A stretch of 64,000 nt of DNA. Origin: Eledone cirrhosa. Lineage: Eukaryota. This document shows positions 13,395 to 24,819 of the stretch, in pieces; position 1 is the stretch's first letter, and the number at the start of each line of letters is the position of its first letter. The position numbers were made by a program, and so were the translations under genes. Below the pieces are notes generated by a model. It ran no database searches. It was not told the origin of the DNA and saw only the letters and a list, made by a program, of their open reading frames with translations. The stretch spans positions 127,472,001-127,536,000 of the forward strand of contig OZ024742.1 of assembly GCA_964016885.1 (NCBI GenBank), written 5' to 3'.

Positions 13395-13865
13395 GTTTCA
13401 TCATCAACCTTTTTATGTTCATGTTTCTACACTTGCATGGGTTGGAGAGGTCCTTTTCAGCACAGAATCTCTCCACTTATCGCGTTCCTTCGTCATCTTC
13501 TCTGTGAGTCTCAGCAATTTGAGATCAGCTCACACCATCTCCACCCAAGTCTTCCTTGGCTTTCCTCTACTGCAGCTTCCTTTCACTGGAATTTCCTGGG
13601 ATTTCTACACCCAGCAATCATCATTCATGCGCATCACATATCCATACCAACTCCAGATTCTCCCTCAATTCATCCAAGTTCTGCCTTTCTCTCACATTTA
13701 CATTGCACATACAACGAAACATGGTTGCTTCATTTCTCTCCAGCCTACACATGCCATCTGCAGTCACTGCCCATGTTTCACTACATGCAGCGTTGCACTT
13801 CGCATACAGGCATTATACAGCCATCCTTTTATATGTAGGGAGAAACCTTTTGTTGTCAATAGTGG
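13395..13865 (-). mobile_element. RTE LINE (family A) 3' fragment
   Basis: Reverse complement matches 10580-11060. Confidence 0.8.
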
Positions 13866-14821
13866 ATAGCAAAAGTAGCAATTACGTCTATGGTTCCTTC
13901 ATGTTGGCACACAGCTCAGTTCAAGGGATGAGTTGTAATATACAAAATTAGAACCTAATTTTGTGTGTCAACATCATCATCATCATCACCGTTTAATATT
14001 CATTTTCCACCCTAGCATGGGTTAGATGAGTTGTCCCATTTGAGGCAAGTCAGATCAGGTAACTGTGACTTGCGCATACAAAGTTGGTTTCTGTAGCCCT
14101 TCCTAATGCCAACCACATTTACAGTGTGGACTGGATGCTTTTTATCATGGCACCAAAATAACCACTTTACAGTGTAGACTGGGCGTTTTTTATCGTGACA
14201 CCTACACAACTACCTTATAGTGTGAACTGAGTGCTTTTTGTCGTGACACCAACATGATCACTTTACAGTGTTGATTGAGCACGCTTTGTCATGGCACAAG
14301 AACGATCGCTTTACAGCGTGACTTGGGAGCTGCGGCAAGGGGTTTTTAAGGTCATAAGTGAAATGTGAGTTGTTAAGGTGTGGGTGAAGTGTTAGGATGT
14401 GGGAGGTGTATGGAAGGGGGGGAGGAGGAGAGAGTGATGTATACTGGATGTATGCTTCAACCCGTGCACATGGGAAGGCAGGTCTTTTGTATATACATAC
14501 ATATATATCTATATATATATTAAACTGTAGTTGTCTGTGTGTGTGCGTGTGTCCTCATTTTTGCAAAGTCTATACAAATCCACATTTCTACTCCGATTGA
14601 CTTCAAACTTGCATTTATATATTCCTTGCTGTCTAAAGATATTAACTGCAGCTTTTATTTTTCAATTTTCTGTTGTTAAAGAGGTGTTAGGCGCCGGTTA
14701 TCGATCTCCGTCGCGCCCTTATAATATCTGTCTATATGCCTGACTGTCTGCATAACGACATTATGACCAACACGTCATTGCTGACGTATTATCTTCATCA
14801 CATTCACACACACATATATAC

Positions 14822-14903
<82 letters not shown>

Positions 14904-15293
14904 ATATATATATAAAGGTTTACATATATATATATATACATATATACATATACGTGTTTTGCAACGGGTCACTTTGTGGCTCAATGAAAAGTTAATAAAT
15001 TAAATAATCAGAGCTATATATCATAAAACATGTCTATAGAATCACCAGATAAATATATATACCATTTCCTCTCCCAATTAGCATAATTAACCATATAAAA
15101 AATCGAATAGACCAAGCTATAAGAATAAGGCTTCTATGAAGAAATCTCCAACAAATAATAACCGAAACCAGCCCTTCGCGCCGGCTGCGACGGAATATTT
15201 ATCGAATATTTCGACAGCGTAATCGCCCAGATACAGTCAATTAAACAGAATTAGGTGTAAAATAAACTAGGAGAAAAAAGAATACATTTATTT

Positions 15294-15370
15294 ACCTCAA
15301 CCATGGTTTCGTCCGCATTTTAAGATATCCGATAGCTTCGGAACCTTGAGCACTGGACTCTTCAGGAGTT
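15294..15370 (-). ncRNA. Minimal type I hammerhead ribozyme motif in a Penelope-like remnant
   Basis: Minus strand: aactc CTGAAGA GTCC...GGAC GAA ACCATGGT T gaggt; palindromic stem III; the remnant (about 14945-15495) is flanked by TA-rich microsatellite. Confidence 0.75.
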
Positions 15371-15929
15371 AGCTCAAATCTAGACAATAAATTTTCCAAA
15401 GTGATTACTGGTTCCTATTACCCACTCTACTACCCTAAGTATTGAGTACTTTGGTGCATTATGGTCCACCTGGTTCCTTACCATATTTCCTTCGTTATAT
15501 ATATATATATATATATACACATATATATATACACATATATACATATACACACACATATATACACATATACATACATACATATACAAACACATATACACAT
15601 ATATATATACACATATACTTATATATAAATATACACATAAAAATATATCTATCTATCTATCTATCTAAGCGGGTAAAATTCCCGAGATCCATGGACGAGT
15701 TCTCTCAGCGTGGGTTTTGGCTGTGTAAAAAAGATTATAACAAGAAGATAGAAATATCAAAAAATTCAAAAATTCCGCAATAGGGGAGAAACTTCCGAGG
15801 GTCACTCGTGGTGAAAACCACACAAAAGACCACAGCAACCCTGACCACCAGGGCAAGCGCCCTCTCTCAGTTTTCCACTCCTCAGTCTACAGGCGCATAA
15901 TCAGAGCGGGCCCGGTCAAACGCCGGAAA

Positions 15930-16450
15930 TGTCCAGATGCTCGGCACCACTCTCAAGGAATATGAAGCAGTGACAGGAGCAAAGTTAAACCAGGAAAAGT
16001 CGGTGGGCTTGCAGCTCGGCACCTGGAGAGGCAAGCCCATGCCGCCCGACAGCGTCGTGGGGTGCTGGACTGAAGGACCAGTTAAATTGCTTGGGGTCTG
16101 ATTCGGTCTGGACCTCCAGATGGAGAAAAACTGGAGTGAGGTGACGAACAGGGTGGTCTCTCTCACCCAGAAATGGGCCGAGAGGAAGCTGTCCCTGAAA
16201 GGTTGGGCAGAGGTGGTGAATGCGTTCATCGCATCCATCATCTGCTACCGCCTAACCGTTGTGCCTTGCCCTGGCCCAACTCTAACAAAAATGGAGCGCC
16301 TCCTCTTCCGCTTTTTATGGAAGAGATGTGCTCCCATGGTCAGACGTTCCATCTGCTGTCAACACCCGTTGCGTGGAGGGCTGGGCATGCCATGGCTGAT
16401 GATGCGCAAACACACGTTGAGGTTGTGACATCTCTGGTGCTTCCTTGACG
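15930..16450 (+). mobile_element. Tx1/L1-clade LINE RT C-terminal fragment
   Basis: YEAVTGAKLNQEKS, VKLLGV, KWAERKLSLKG, LFRFLW, GGLGMP motifs. Confidence 0.85.
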
Positions 16451-16589
16451 GTGCAAAAATGAGGGGACACACAGAGACAATTTCACTTTTATATATATGT
16501 ATAGATATACATAAATATACAAACACATATGCAAACATATATATATACACATATACATATATATAAATATACACATAAAAATATATTTA

Positions 16590-16815
16590 TCTATCTATCT
16601 AGGGCGGGTAAAATTCCCAAGATCCATGGACGAGTTCTCTCCAGCAGTCTCTGTCCCTCATTATTGCTGCTATGTCCTGCGTCTCCAACAGACCATTGTC
16701 AGTCCTTAGGGCATCAACATATGTTAACTTCGGTCTTCCTCTTCCAGTGTGTCCATGCAGGGACTTCCACAGGAGCACTGAGGGCAGTGTCAACTCTGGA
16801 TGTCGGTGAGCATGT
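16590..16815 (-). mobile_element. RTE-related LINE 3' end with (TAGA)n tail
   Basis: GRGRPKLTYVD...MRDRDCWR peptide; a second short copy of the same end at about 15650-15710. Confidence 0.7.
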
Positions 16816-17689
16816 CCAGTTTGTGAGATTTTAACAGGCACTCACAAATAAACGTTTCTCATTGGAGGTGCTATTACCAATGTTCTTACCCATGCAACGC
16901 CGAGATACACTGCTAGTATATATATATATACATATATATATCCAACCTATCTCTCCATCATGTACCCCCTTTCCATTGACCACATCCCACACACCACTAC
17001 ATCCACCCTCTTCCCTAAGTAGAGAGGGCTCTACTGTTGGGCCTATGACCATGAAACTCTCTAGTGATGGTGCCATGAAAATACATCAGGTACACTCTGA
17101 ATGGGAGGTTGGTGACAGGAAGGGCACCCCACTGTAGAAGGGCCCTTTAGATGTGTCAATGACACAACAACCTCTCTAGTGTTGGTGATTTACATGATAA
17201 ATGCACTCAGTACATGCTGTAAAGTGGTTGGTGTAAGAAAGGGCATTCAGCTGTAGAAAGCTTGTCAAACAAGGAGTTGGGAGGACCCTTCAGTTTATCT
17301 CAAAAGACACAACTTCTCCTCTGCACTCGATATGACCATATGTAAGCAGGATGCAGATCCCTCCGGCTGTCTAGGAAGTCAGTAGCCACATTTCAGTGGA
17401 CGACGATGATGATGATATATATTATATCATCATCACCGTTTTACGTCCATTCTTCCACGCTAGCATTGGTTAGATGAGTTGTCCTGTTGAGGGCAGTGCC
17501 CGGTTGGTTGACCTTGTCTTGCTCATATGGGAATTGATTTTGGCTTGATTTCTACAGCTGGATGCCCTTCCTAACACCAGCCACATTTACAGTGTGGGCT
17601 GGGTGCTTTTTTTGTCATGACGCCTCCACGACCGCTTTACAGTGGGAAGCGGTGGGGACATATTGTCTATATGCTTCAGCTTCGACTTG

Positions 17690-18840
17690 TTCCCGTGAGA
17701 AGTCGGGTCTTCTGTATTACTGCGTGACGCTCGAGGTCACGGTCCTGTGTCATCGCCTTTGAGAGGTGCAATTGGGTATGGTCGGCTTTTATCAACTCAT
17801 TCCAAGTCTTCTTGGGTCTCCCTACTCCACGGCTTCCACCGACTTCTAGTGCTTTGCACCTTCATACGCATCATATGTCCATACCAACACAACCTCCTCT
17901 CCTGCACACAGCATTTGATTCCTCTTATGCTTTGCCGTTCGCGTATATTACTATTACACATCCATCGGAGCATGCAAGCTTCATTTCTTTCTAATCTACG
18001 CAAGTCTTCTATGCACAATGTCCAGGTCTCACTACCATGTAACATTGCTGTTCATATGCATGCATCATACAGTCTGCGTTTCATTTTGAGGGAAAAGCCT
18101 TTTGTAGCTAGTAGTGGCAATAGCTCCCTGAACTTCTTTCATCCCATTCTTACCCTAGCTACTGTACTTTCCAAGCACCTACCTCCGCTGCTAATTGGGT
18201 CAACTAGGTAGCAAAAGCTGTCTACTGTTTTTACAGAGCCCTTCCAGAGTTTGGTGGTGCTTGTTTCCTGCAGCCGTTTGCTGCTTGCTGTCCCGGTGCA
18301 GCTGCTACATGTAACACCTACATTCTTAGCTAAGCTTCCTGAGATCCCACTACATCTCTTGTGTACCCATAGTTTGCATTTGGGGCAGAGGATGGAGTTC
18401 TTACCTACACCTTCCCTACATACTGAGCAAGGTCATTTCCCTGAGGTGATCTAGGTTCTGTTTTCTCGTCTACTTATGAGGACCTTAGTCTTTGTCAGGT
18501 GGACTTTGAGACCCTTTCTTTTTAGTCCCTGCTTCCATGTTTGGAATTTCTTCTCTAGTTCCACCATAGATTCCGCATACAGGAGTTCCCATCCGGTCTT
18601 AAACTCCTCTGTTATTGCCTGCAATACTATAATGAACAGGAGAGAGTTAAGACACCGACCTGTATGCTAAATTCCTCGCTATAGTCATTGTTAACCCTAA
18701 CTTTGCTGACTGCTCCCCTATACATGCCTTGTACATACAACTTTCACAAGCCATTCATCTACTCCTAGTTTTCTAAGAGCCCACCAGATTATAGCGCGAG
18801 GCACTCTGTCAAAGGCTTTTTCCAGATCGACAAATGCCAT
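17690..18840 (-). mobile_element. RTE LINE (family A) fragment
   Basis: AFVDLEKAFDRVPR and MLHGSETW...ERRLCWYGH motifs. Confidence 0.85.
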
Positions 18841-19394
18841 GGCCCCAAAAATAGAGAGAGTCTATCACATACAATCATAGCATGTCCACACAGTATCATG
18901 TCCTGACCAATGAAAGCGTGAAAGGCCCGTAAACTCTGATATCATGTCACTGATCTCTCACTTCCAGCAAGACCTCTCTTACACTTCTAGCAGCCTACCT
19001 CGACAATTGTTATTATTATTTCTTACATCAATCACTTTACAGTGTACTAGGTGCATTTTATCAATTAAGGAAAAAGATGACAAAAGACTGATAATTGTAA
19101 TGGAGTACGAGTGATACAGTTGAGAAGTAAAATATTCGTTCTGAAAAAGAAAATGTAGCTGTTATTTACTTCTGGATCTTTTAATATCCCTTTGCATTTC
19201 CTGTCTCTGTCGAGATCTCTCTCTCTCTCTCTTGCTCCCATATAGATTCATACACTAATCCTAACCCCACTCACATATATGTATATTTGAAGGCGGCTGA
19301 CCGGGCTAGAAGCTGCTAAATATTCGGCCGCCTTCCTGTCACTGCTTTTCAGCCCCATGGATTTTGTCTATTATATTCCTTTGTTAAATTTCGA

Positions 19395-19452
19395 ATACCT
19401 GATGATGTCACCGGATTTATACTGAATCCGGTCACTGAAATAATCATAGTAT
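19395..19452 (+). ncRNA. Minimal type I hammerhead ribozyme motif
   Basis: atac CTGATGA [ACCGGATT/AATCCGGT stem II] GAAA taatca TA gtat, followed by AATAAA and a (TA)n tract. Confidence 0.7.
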
Positions 19453-19488
19453 AATAAACCTTCTAAGGAATTACACTAGTCCAGCCTC

Positions 19489-19545
<57 letters not shown>

Positions 19546-19575
19546 AGATCAAAAGATGGTTAAATGAGTTCCATG

Positions 19576-19646
19576 TATTTTATTATGCGCATTTCAAAAA
19601 CAAATATCATCATGCAATAACATTTGTGTTTTCATCAGATAAAATA
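19576..19646 (-). ncRNA. Type I hammerhead ribozyme with palindromic stem III
   Basis: Minus strand: TATTTTAT CTGATGA [long stem II] GAA ATGCGCAT A ATAAAATA; perfect 8-bp stem I and intact core. Confidence 0.9.
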
Positions 19647-19999
19647 GGAGGACATGATATGAAGGTTAAAAACACTTGTGGATAGTGCAGTTTTAAATCA
19701 ACATATGAAAAGTAGTTTTAGATTGATGTGTGATATTGGGGAAAACATTTTTTTAGGGGGGGGGGGTGAAAAAGAGGAGGAGATGGGAGTAAAAAGTGGA
19801 GGGGGAGGAGTATAATGAGGAAGGATGAGATAGGAGGAGATATGGCTGATAGAGAGAGAGAGAGATAGCTTTTATAACTGAGAAAAATATATTGTTTTAC
19901 ATAGAGAGGTTGAAAAACCGTTGGAAGATAATGTATAAATTAAAAGAATTTGAAAATTAACGAAGAGAAAAATAATGTAAAGTTAAGGTTTGTATATTG

Positions 20000-20168
20000 A
20001 AGGGTTTAATAATATGTGCGATGAAAAGAAATTGTTAATATGTATTAAGAATAATATTTAAGGGTTTAATAATATGTGCGATGGAAAGAACATGTTAATA
20101 TGTATTAAGAATAATTTTAAGGGTTTAATAATATGTGCGATGGAAAGAAAATGTTGATATGTATTATT
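20000..20168. repeat. About 60-bp tandem repeat, 3 copies, inside the PLE 3' UTR
   Basis: AGGGTTTAATAATATGTGCGATG at 20001, 20061 and 20120. Confidence 0.9.
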
Positions 20169-20812
20169 AAAAAAAACAGAAGTAATGTAAGTAAGGATAT
20201 ATTGTGAGATGAGCATGAATAAGTTAGATGAAAGTGAGAAAAAAATAATGAATAGAGGAGGAATAATCTAACGTCAAAAAAAATGTTTGTTTACGAAAGA
20301 TTTTTTCAAGGTGATATAAAGTAAGAATATAGTGTATTGTGTAATAATTGTTTCTATGTTAGGCACAGTGAGAAAAGGTACAGATTAGGGGTTAGAAATT
20401 AAAAGAAAAAGAAAAGAAAAGGAAAAGGAAGAAAGGGAAGTGATGAATAGGAATGATATAGAATATGATAAATAACTTTGAAATAAGGTACAAAGATGGG
20501 TATATTTTTAAAGAAGTATATATATATGTGTGTGTGCCTTTGAGAAAAGGATTCTGAATTGATAAAGTTTAGGATATTAGCTGTATACTTTATGGAAAGT
20601 TCTGTGGAATTTATGCAAGCAGATAGAAAACAAGTCAGTGCGTCTATTTATTATAGAATCTAAATTAGATATAATGGTAAAGTCCTACAAACTGTAGAGT
20701 GCTTCTTATCCGATATCTGCATTGCTTTATTGTACTACAATAAAACTCACCTCCTACATATATATAACGAAGGACCATAACGTAACAGAGTACTCGATAC
20801 TTTGGGTAGTAG

Positions 20813-20886
20813 TCCCATGTGGTCTAGTGGTTAGGATTCCTTGCTTTCACCCAGGCGGCGCCTATGTTCGATTCCCGGCATGGGAA
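20813..20886 (+). pseudogene. tRNA-Glu(TTC) pseudogene
   Basis: Copy of 33190-33261 with an anticodon-stem mismatch and disrupted T stem (GGCGCCTATGTTCG versus GGCCCGGGTTCG); only TTT downstream. Confidence 0.85.
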
Positions 20887-21350
20887 CAGCATATTTATAT
20901 ATATATATATGTATATAGGATTGGGGCTAGGATTAGATTTGCTGTATACATAAGGGTGGAGCAACTCTTGTTAATTCTCTCCTTCACGTGTAATGAATCG
21001 GGTGAATTCTATGATATTTTCGTGTTCATATTTCGAGATGTAAAAGTAATGATATCCTCTACAAGAAAGACGAAGTGTACAGCACAATGTAGAGGAGAAC
21101 CAAGAGAGGTAAATACAGGAATAGCTTGGATAATCGAGGTAATACAATATGACATTGCTATGACAATCGAGGTAATATAATATCACATTGCACCCCATGC
21201 AACAAATCACTGCATGTCGTGGTGTGGTCCTTATTCGGGTGGAAACAGTATATATGGATAGCACCGATTCACTCAATCGATTACCTACACCTTATAAGTT
21301 TGCTTGTCCGGATCTGACAGCGGAGACACAACGTTAACACATACGTGACA

Positions 21351-21545
21351 ATACTTACCCGGAATATGTCTTTGTTTACTTGATCATGGAAGTAACTAAA
21401 CAGATATTCTTTATGGAAACATATTTGTTTCAAAAGCAATAGGGTTGTTTTATATGTAATATTTATAAATATATATTAATAAATAAATTTTGAAATTAAC
21501 GACTTTGTATTTAATATCAGCAACGAGTTGTTATTAGTAACGGTC
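21351..21545 (-). promoter_or_regulatory. Candidate promoter and non-coding first exon of the minus-strand gene
   Basis: Consensus donor CGG|GTAAGTAT (GT at 21358), forkhead motif TGTTTAC at 21373-21379, X-box-like GTTGTTATTAGTAAC at 21527-21541, in sequence not repeated in this window. Confidence 0.4.
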
Positions 21546-21784
21546 TCTTAACGGTGCAATATAAAGTCAAGTCCCTCGCTTTATATACATTTTCTATATT
21601 ATTCTGTAACGCTGAGATCGCATATATATATAATTGTTTCTACTTTTGGCACAAGGCCAACAATTAACCAGTGCATTACTGGTACTTTATTTTATCGACC
21701 CCGTAAGGATGAAAGGCAAAGTTAACCTCGGTGGGATTTGAACTCAGAATGGCAAGGGCCGTAACTTAATGGTTCAAGTTTTTC

Positions 21785-22647
21785 CAGAAAAGTTCCAGGA
21801 CTGATGTCACAAAAGATTTATTTCAAACCCAAACTTCACACTAACAGTTTTCTCCTTCATAGTAATCCCCCTAGAGTCTAATGCACTTTTCCATCCTTTT
21901 CTGCGACGCTTGCATGCACTCCTGGAAGGTTTCTTCCGGGACCCTCCGCAGTTCTGTCGTCACGGCCTTTTTGATGTCGTCCACGTCTTCAAATCGGGTC
22001 ACCCCCGGGTCGTACTCCAAGATCCATGACTCATCACCGGTGATGACTGTCCCTAGCAAGTCTGGTTCGGTTTCAAGACGCTCGCGGATGTCCTGGCACA
22101 CTTCCATGCATCGACCCTTCTGGCCACCGTTCAGCAGTTTTGGCACCATCTTCGCGCAGACTTTCCGCATGTCCAAATCTTCAGTGAGAATCTTCCAGAC
22201 GCTGTCCAGATTCATGCCCAGCTCATTTGCCATCAGTCGAACAGTCAGCCGACAATCGCTACGCACCATCTGCCTGACGCGCTCAACGTTGACCTCAGTC
22301 CTGGTTGCTGAGGGCCTTCCGCTCCTGGGGTCATCTTCCACGTCCTCGCATCCTTTTTTAAACCTCTTGCACCACTCAAAAACACGTGAGCGTGACATCG
22401 TCTCGTCTCCATACACTTGCTGCAGCAATCCCAGTGCTTCTAACGGAGTTTTCAAGTTTGTTCGTTGCTCTGTGCTCATTGCTTGACGACCTGAAACAGA
22501 AGAAAAAACTTTGATCGCTGAAGAGAGGTAAGATTACAGTTACATACTGCAAGGGGATTACTTTGAAGGAGAAAACTCTTAGTGTGAAGTTTGGGTTTGA
22601 AATAAATATTTGGTGACATCAGTCCTGGAACTTTTCTGACCCACCTC

Positions 22648-22650
<3 letters not shown>
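21785..22650 (-). mobile_element. Internally deleted mariner (Tc1/mariner) transposon
   Basis: Inverted repeats at 21785-21870 and 22553-22650; right end CCACCTCGTG|TA into (TA)n; left outer tip missing. Confidence 0.92.
21871..22479 (-). pseudogene. Mariner transposase, 202 aa, catalytic domain mostly deleted
   Basis: RSGRP, HTH, MVPKLL (WVPHEL-like) and TGDESW present; jumps directly to the C-terminal RFEDVDDIK, lacking the HDNA and YSPDL motifs. Confidence 0.88.
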
Positions 22651-22697
<47 letters not shown>

Positions 22698-23069
22698 TCA
22701 TCATCATGGTTTAACGTCCATCTTCCACTCTTGCATGGGTTTGGACGGGAATTTTCCACTTGAGGCAAGATTGGTTGTCTTGCTCGTATAGGACTGTCTG
22801 GCGGGTTTTCTACGACTGGATGCCCTTCCTAACACCAACTACGTTTACAGTGTGGACTGGGAGGTTTTTACCGTGTTACCTACACGGCCACATTACAGCG
22901 TGGGCTGTGTGTTTTTTTGTCGTGACACCTACACGACCTCATTTATTTCGGACTGGATGTTGTGGTACCAACATAACTTTACATCGAAAGGGGTGGTGTG
23001 GATGGGGTGGTGGGACGGGGGTGTATTTTTGTTAGAGGTGCCTACTGACTGTAGGTTTCGCTTTGTACT

Positions 23070-24535
23070 TAGGCAAGGCGGGTCTTCTGTATTATTGTGT
23101 AGCGCCAAAGATCTAGGTCCTGTGTCATTGTCTTGGAGAGGTGTAAGTGTGTGAGGTCGGAATTTATCAAGTCGACCCAGGTTTTTCTGGGTCTGCCTAC
23201 TCCGTGTCTACCGTCTATTTTTATTGCCCTGCACTTTTTTATACAGCTGTCGTATTTCATGCGCATCACGTGACCATACCAACGTAGTCTTCTCTCGAGT
23301 AAACAACATCTGATTCCTTTTATTCCTAATTTCTCCCTTAGTTCATTTATGCTTTGCCGTTCACGTATATTACTATTACACATCCAACGGAACATGCAAG
23401 CTTCGTTCCTCTCCAGTCTGTGTATATCCTCTGCACACAATGCCCAAGTCCCACTGCCATGTAACATTGCTGTTCATATGCAGGCATCATACAGCCTGCC
23501 TTTCATTTTTAGAGAGAACCCTTTAGCGGCCAATAGTGGTATAAGCTCTCTGATCTTTTTCCATCCCGTTCTGACTCTAGCTACTGTACTTTCAGAGCAC
23601 CCTCCACCACTGCTGATTTTGTCACCCAGGTAACGGAAGGTGTCCACTATTTCTATAAAACCATCTGTGCAATGGAATGAGCTAGTATTCTGTGGGCACT
23701 TGCTGCTACTTATTGCACCTGAGCACCAGCCACATATAAAATCTATATTCTTAGTTAGCTTACCTGTGATCCCACTACATCTTTTATGCACTCATACTTT
23801 GCATTTGGGACATAAAATGGAGTTTCTGCCTACTCCTTTCCTACACACTGAGCATGGCCATTTCCCAGATGGGACCAGTGCCCTATTTTCCTTCCTACAA
23901 ACTAGAACTTTAGTCTTAGACAGGTTAATTTTAAGGCCTTTTGATTCTAGGCCATGCTTCCGTGTTTGGAATTTCTTCTCTAGTTCAGCCATTGATTCAG
24001 CTATGAGCGTTAGATCAACTGCGTATAGGAGTTCCCATGGGCAACCGGTCTTGAACTCCTCTGTTATAGCCTGAAGGGCAATAATAAATAGGGCGCTTAG
24101 GACGGAGCCCTGATGAACACCAACTTTTATGCTAAACTCTTCACTATATTCGTTGTTAATTCTAATCTTGCTGACTGTTTCTTTATACATGGCTTGTATA
24201 GCTCTCACAAGCCATTCATCAATGCCTAGTTTTCTAAGAGCCCACAAGATAATGGAGCGGGGTACTCTGTCAAAGGCTTTCTCCAAGTCAACAAAAGCTA
24301 AGTATAGGGGTTTACTTTTAGCTAGGTACTTCTCCTGTAGTTGTCGTACAATGAAAAGAGCGTCTGTTATACTTTTACCTGACACAAACCCAAACTGCAT
24401 TTCATCTAGATCAATTCGCTCTCTGATTAGTTGCGCTATTACTTTTTCTGTGACCTTCATGACCTGGTCAATTAATTTAATGCCTATATAGTTCCCCCTA
24501 TCTAGGGCATCTCCTTTACCCTTGTAGCAGTTAAA
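23070..24535 (-). mobile_element. RTE LINE (family A), best preserved copy
   Basis: ORFs 23792-24562, 23474-23791 and 23069-23467 give QFGF, AFVDLEKAFDRVPR, GVHQGS, FRYLG and RRLRWYGHV motifs. Confidence 0.92.
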
Positions 24536-24819
24536 TATATATATCATCATCATCATCATCATTGTTTAATGTCCATCTTCCACGCTTGCATGGGTTTGGA
24601 CGGGATATGTATGTAAAGTATTTCCGAAGATAAAGCAAAGGAAAAAAGAGTGTTCTATGTATAGAACAGAGCTAATTAAATTATAATATATAATTGATAA
24701 CCCCTTTGTCTGATGAGCGACCTAGACGTATGTTAATATTGTCTAGGGTCCTAAAACCTTTGGTAATGGAGTAGTTATATATTGTGTTGTTCACTTTCTA
24801 ATTATATACATACATACAT

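Larger units (their letters stand above)
14508..16916 (+). mobile_element. Non-autonomous Helitron interrupted by nested insertions
   Basis: A|TCTATATATAT head, body similar to 46640-46800, tail CCCATGCAACGCCGAG...CTAG|T at 16913-16916. Confidence 0.6.
19547..20760 (-). mobile_element. Penelope-like element 3' portion: ORF end, long 3' UTR, pseudo-LTR and short inverted tail
   Basis: Minus-strand peptide TIISNLDSIINRRTDLFSICLH (about 20580-20678) resembles the LNKRSELxSKCRH C-terminus of some PLE endonucleases; both ends recur at 57860-58175; flanked by (TA)n. Confidence 0.65.

Noticed and set aside
21881-22486. 201-aa plus-strand ORF
   Set aside because: Antisense shadow of the mariner transposase frame.
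24703-24770. Additional hammerhead as a functional ribozyme
   Set aside because: CTGATGA and stem II are present but GAAA reads AAAA and stem I is poor; counted only as a decayed relic.
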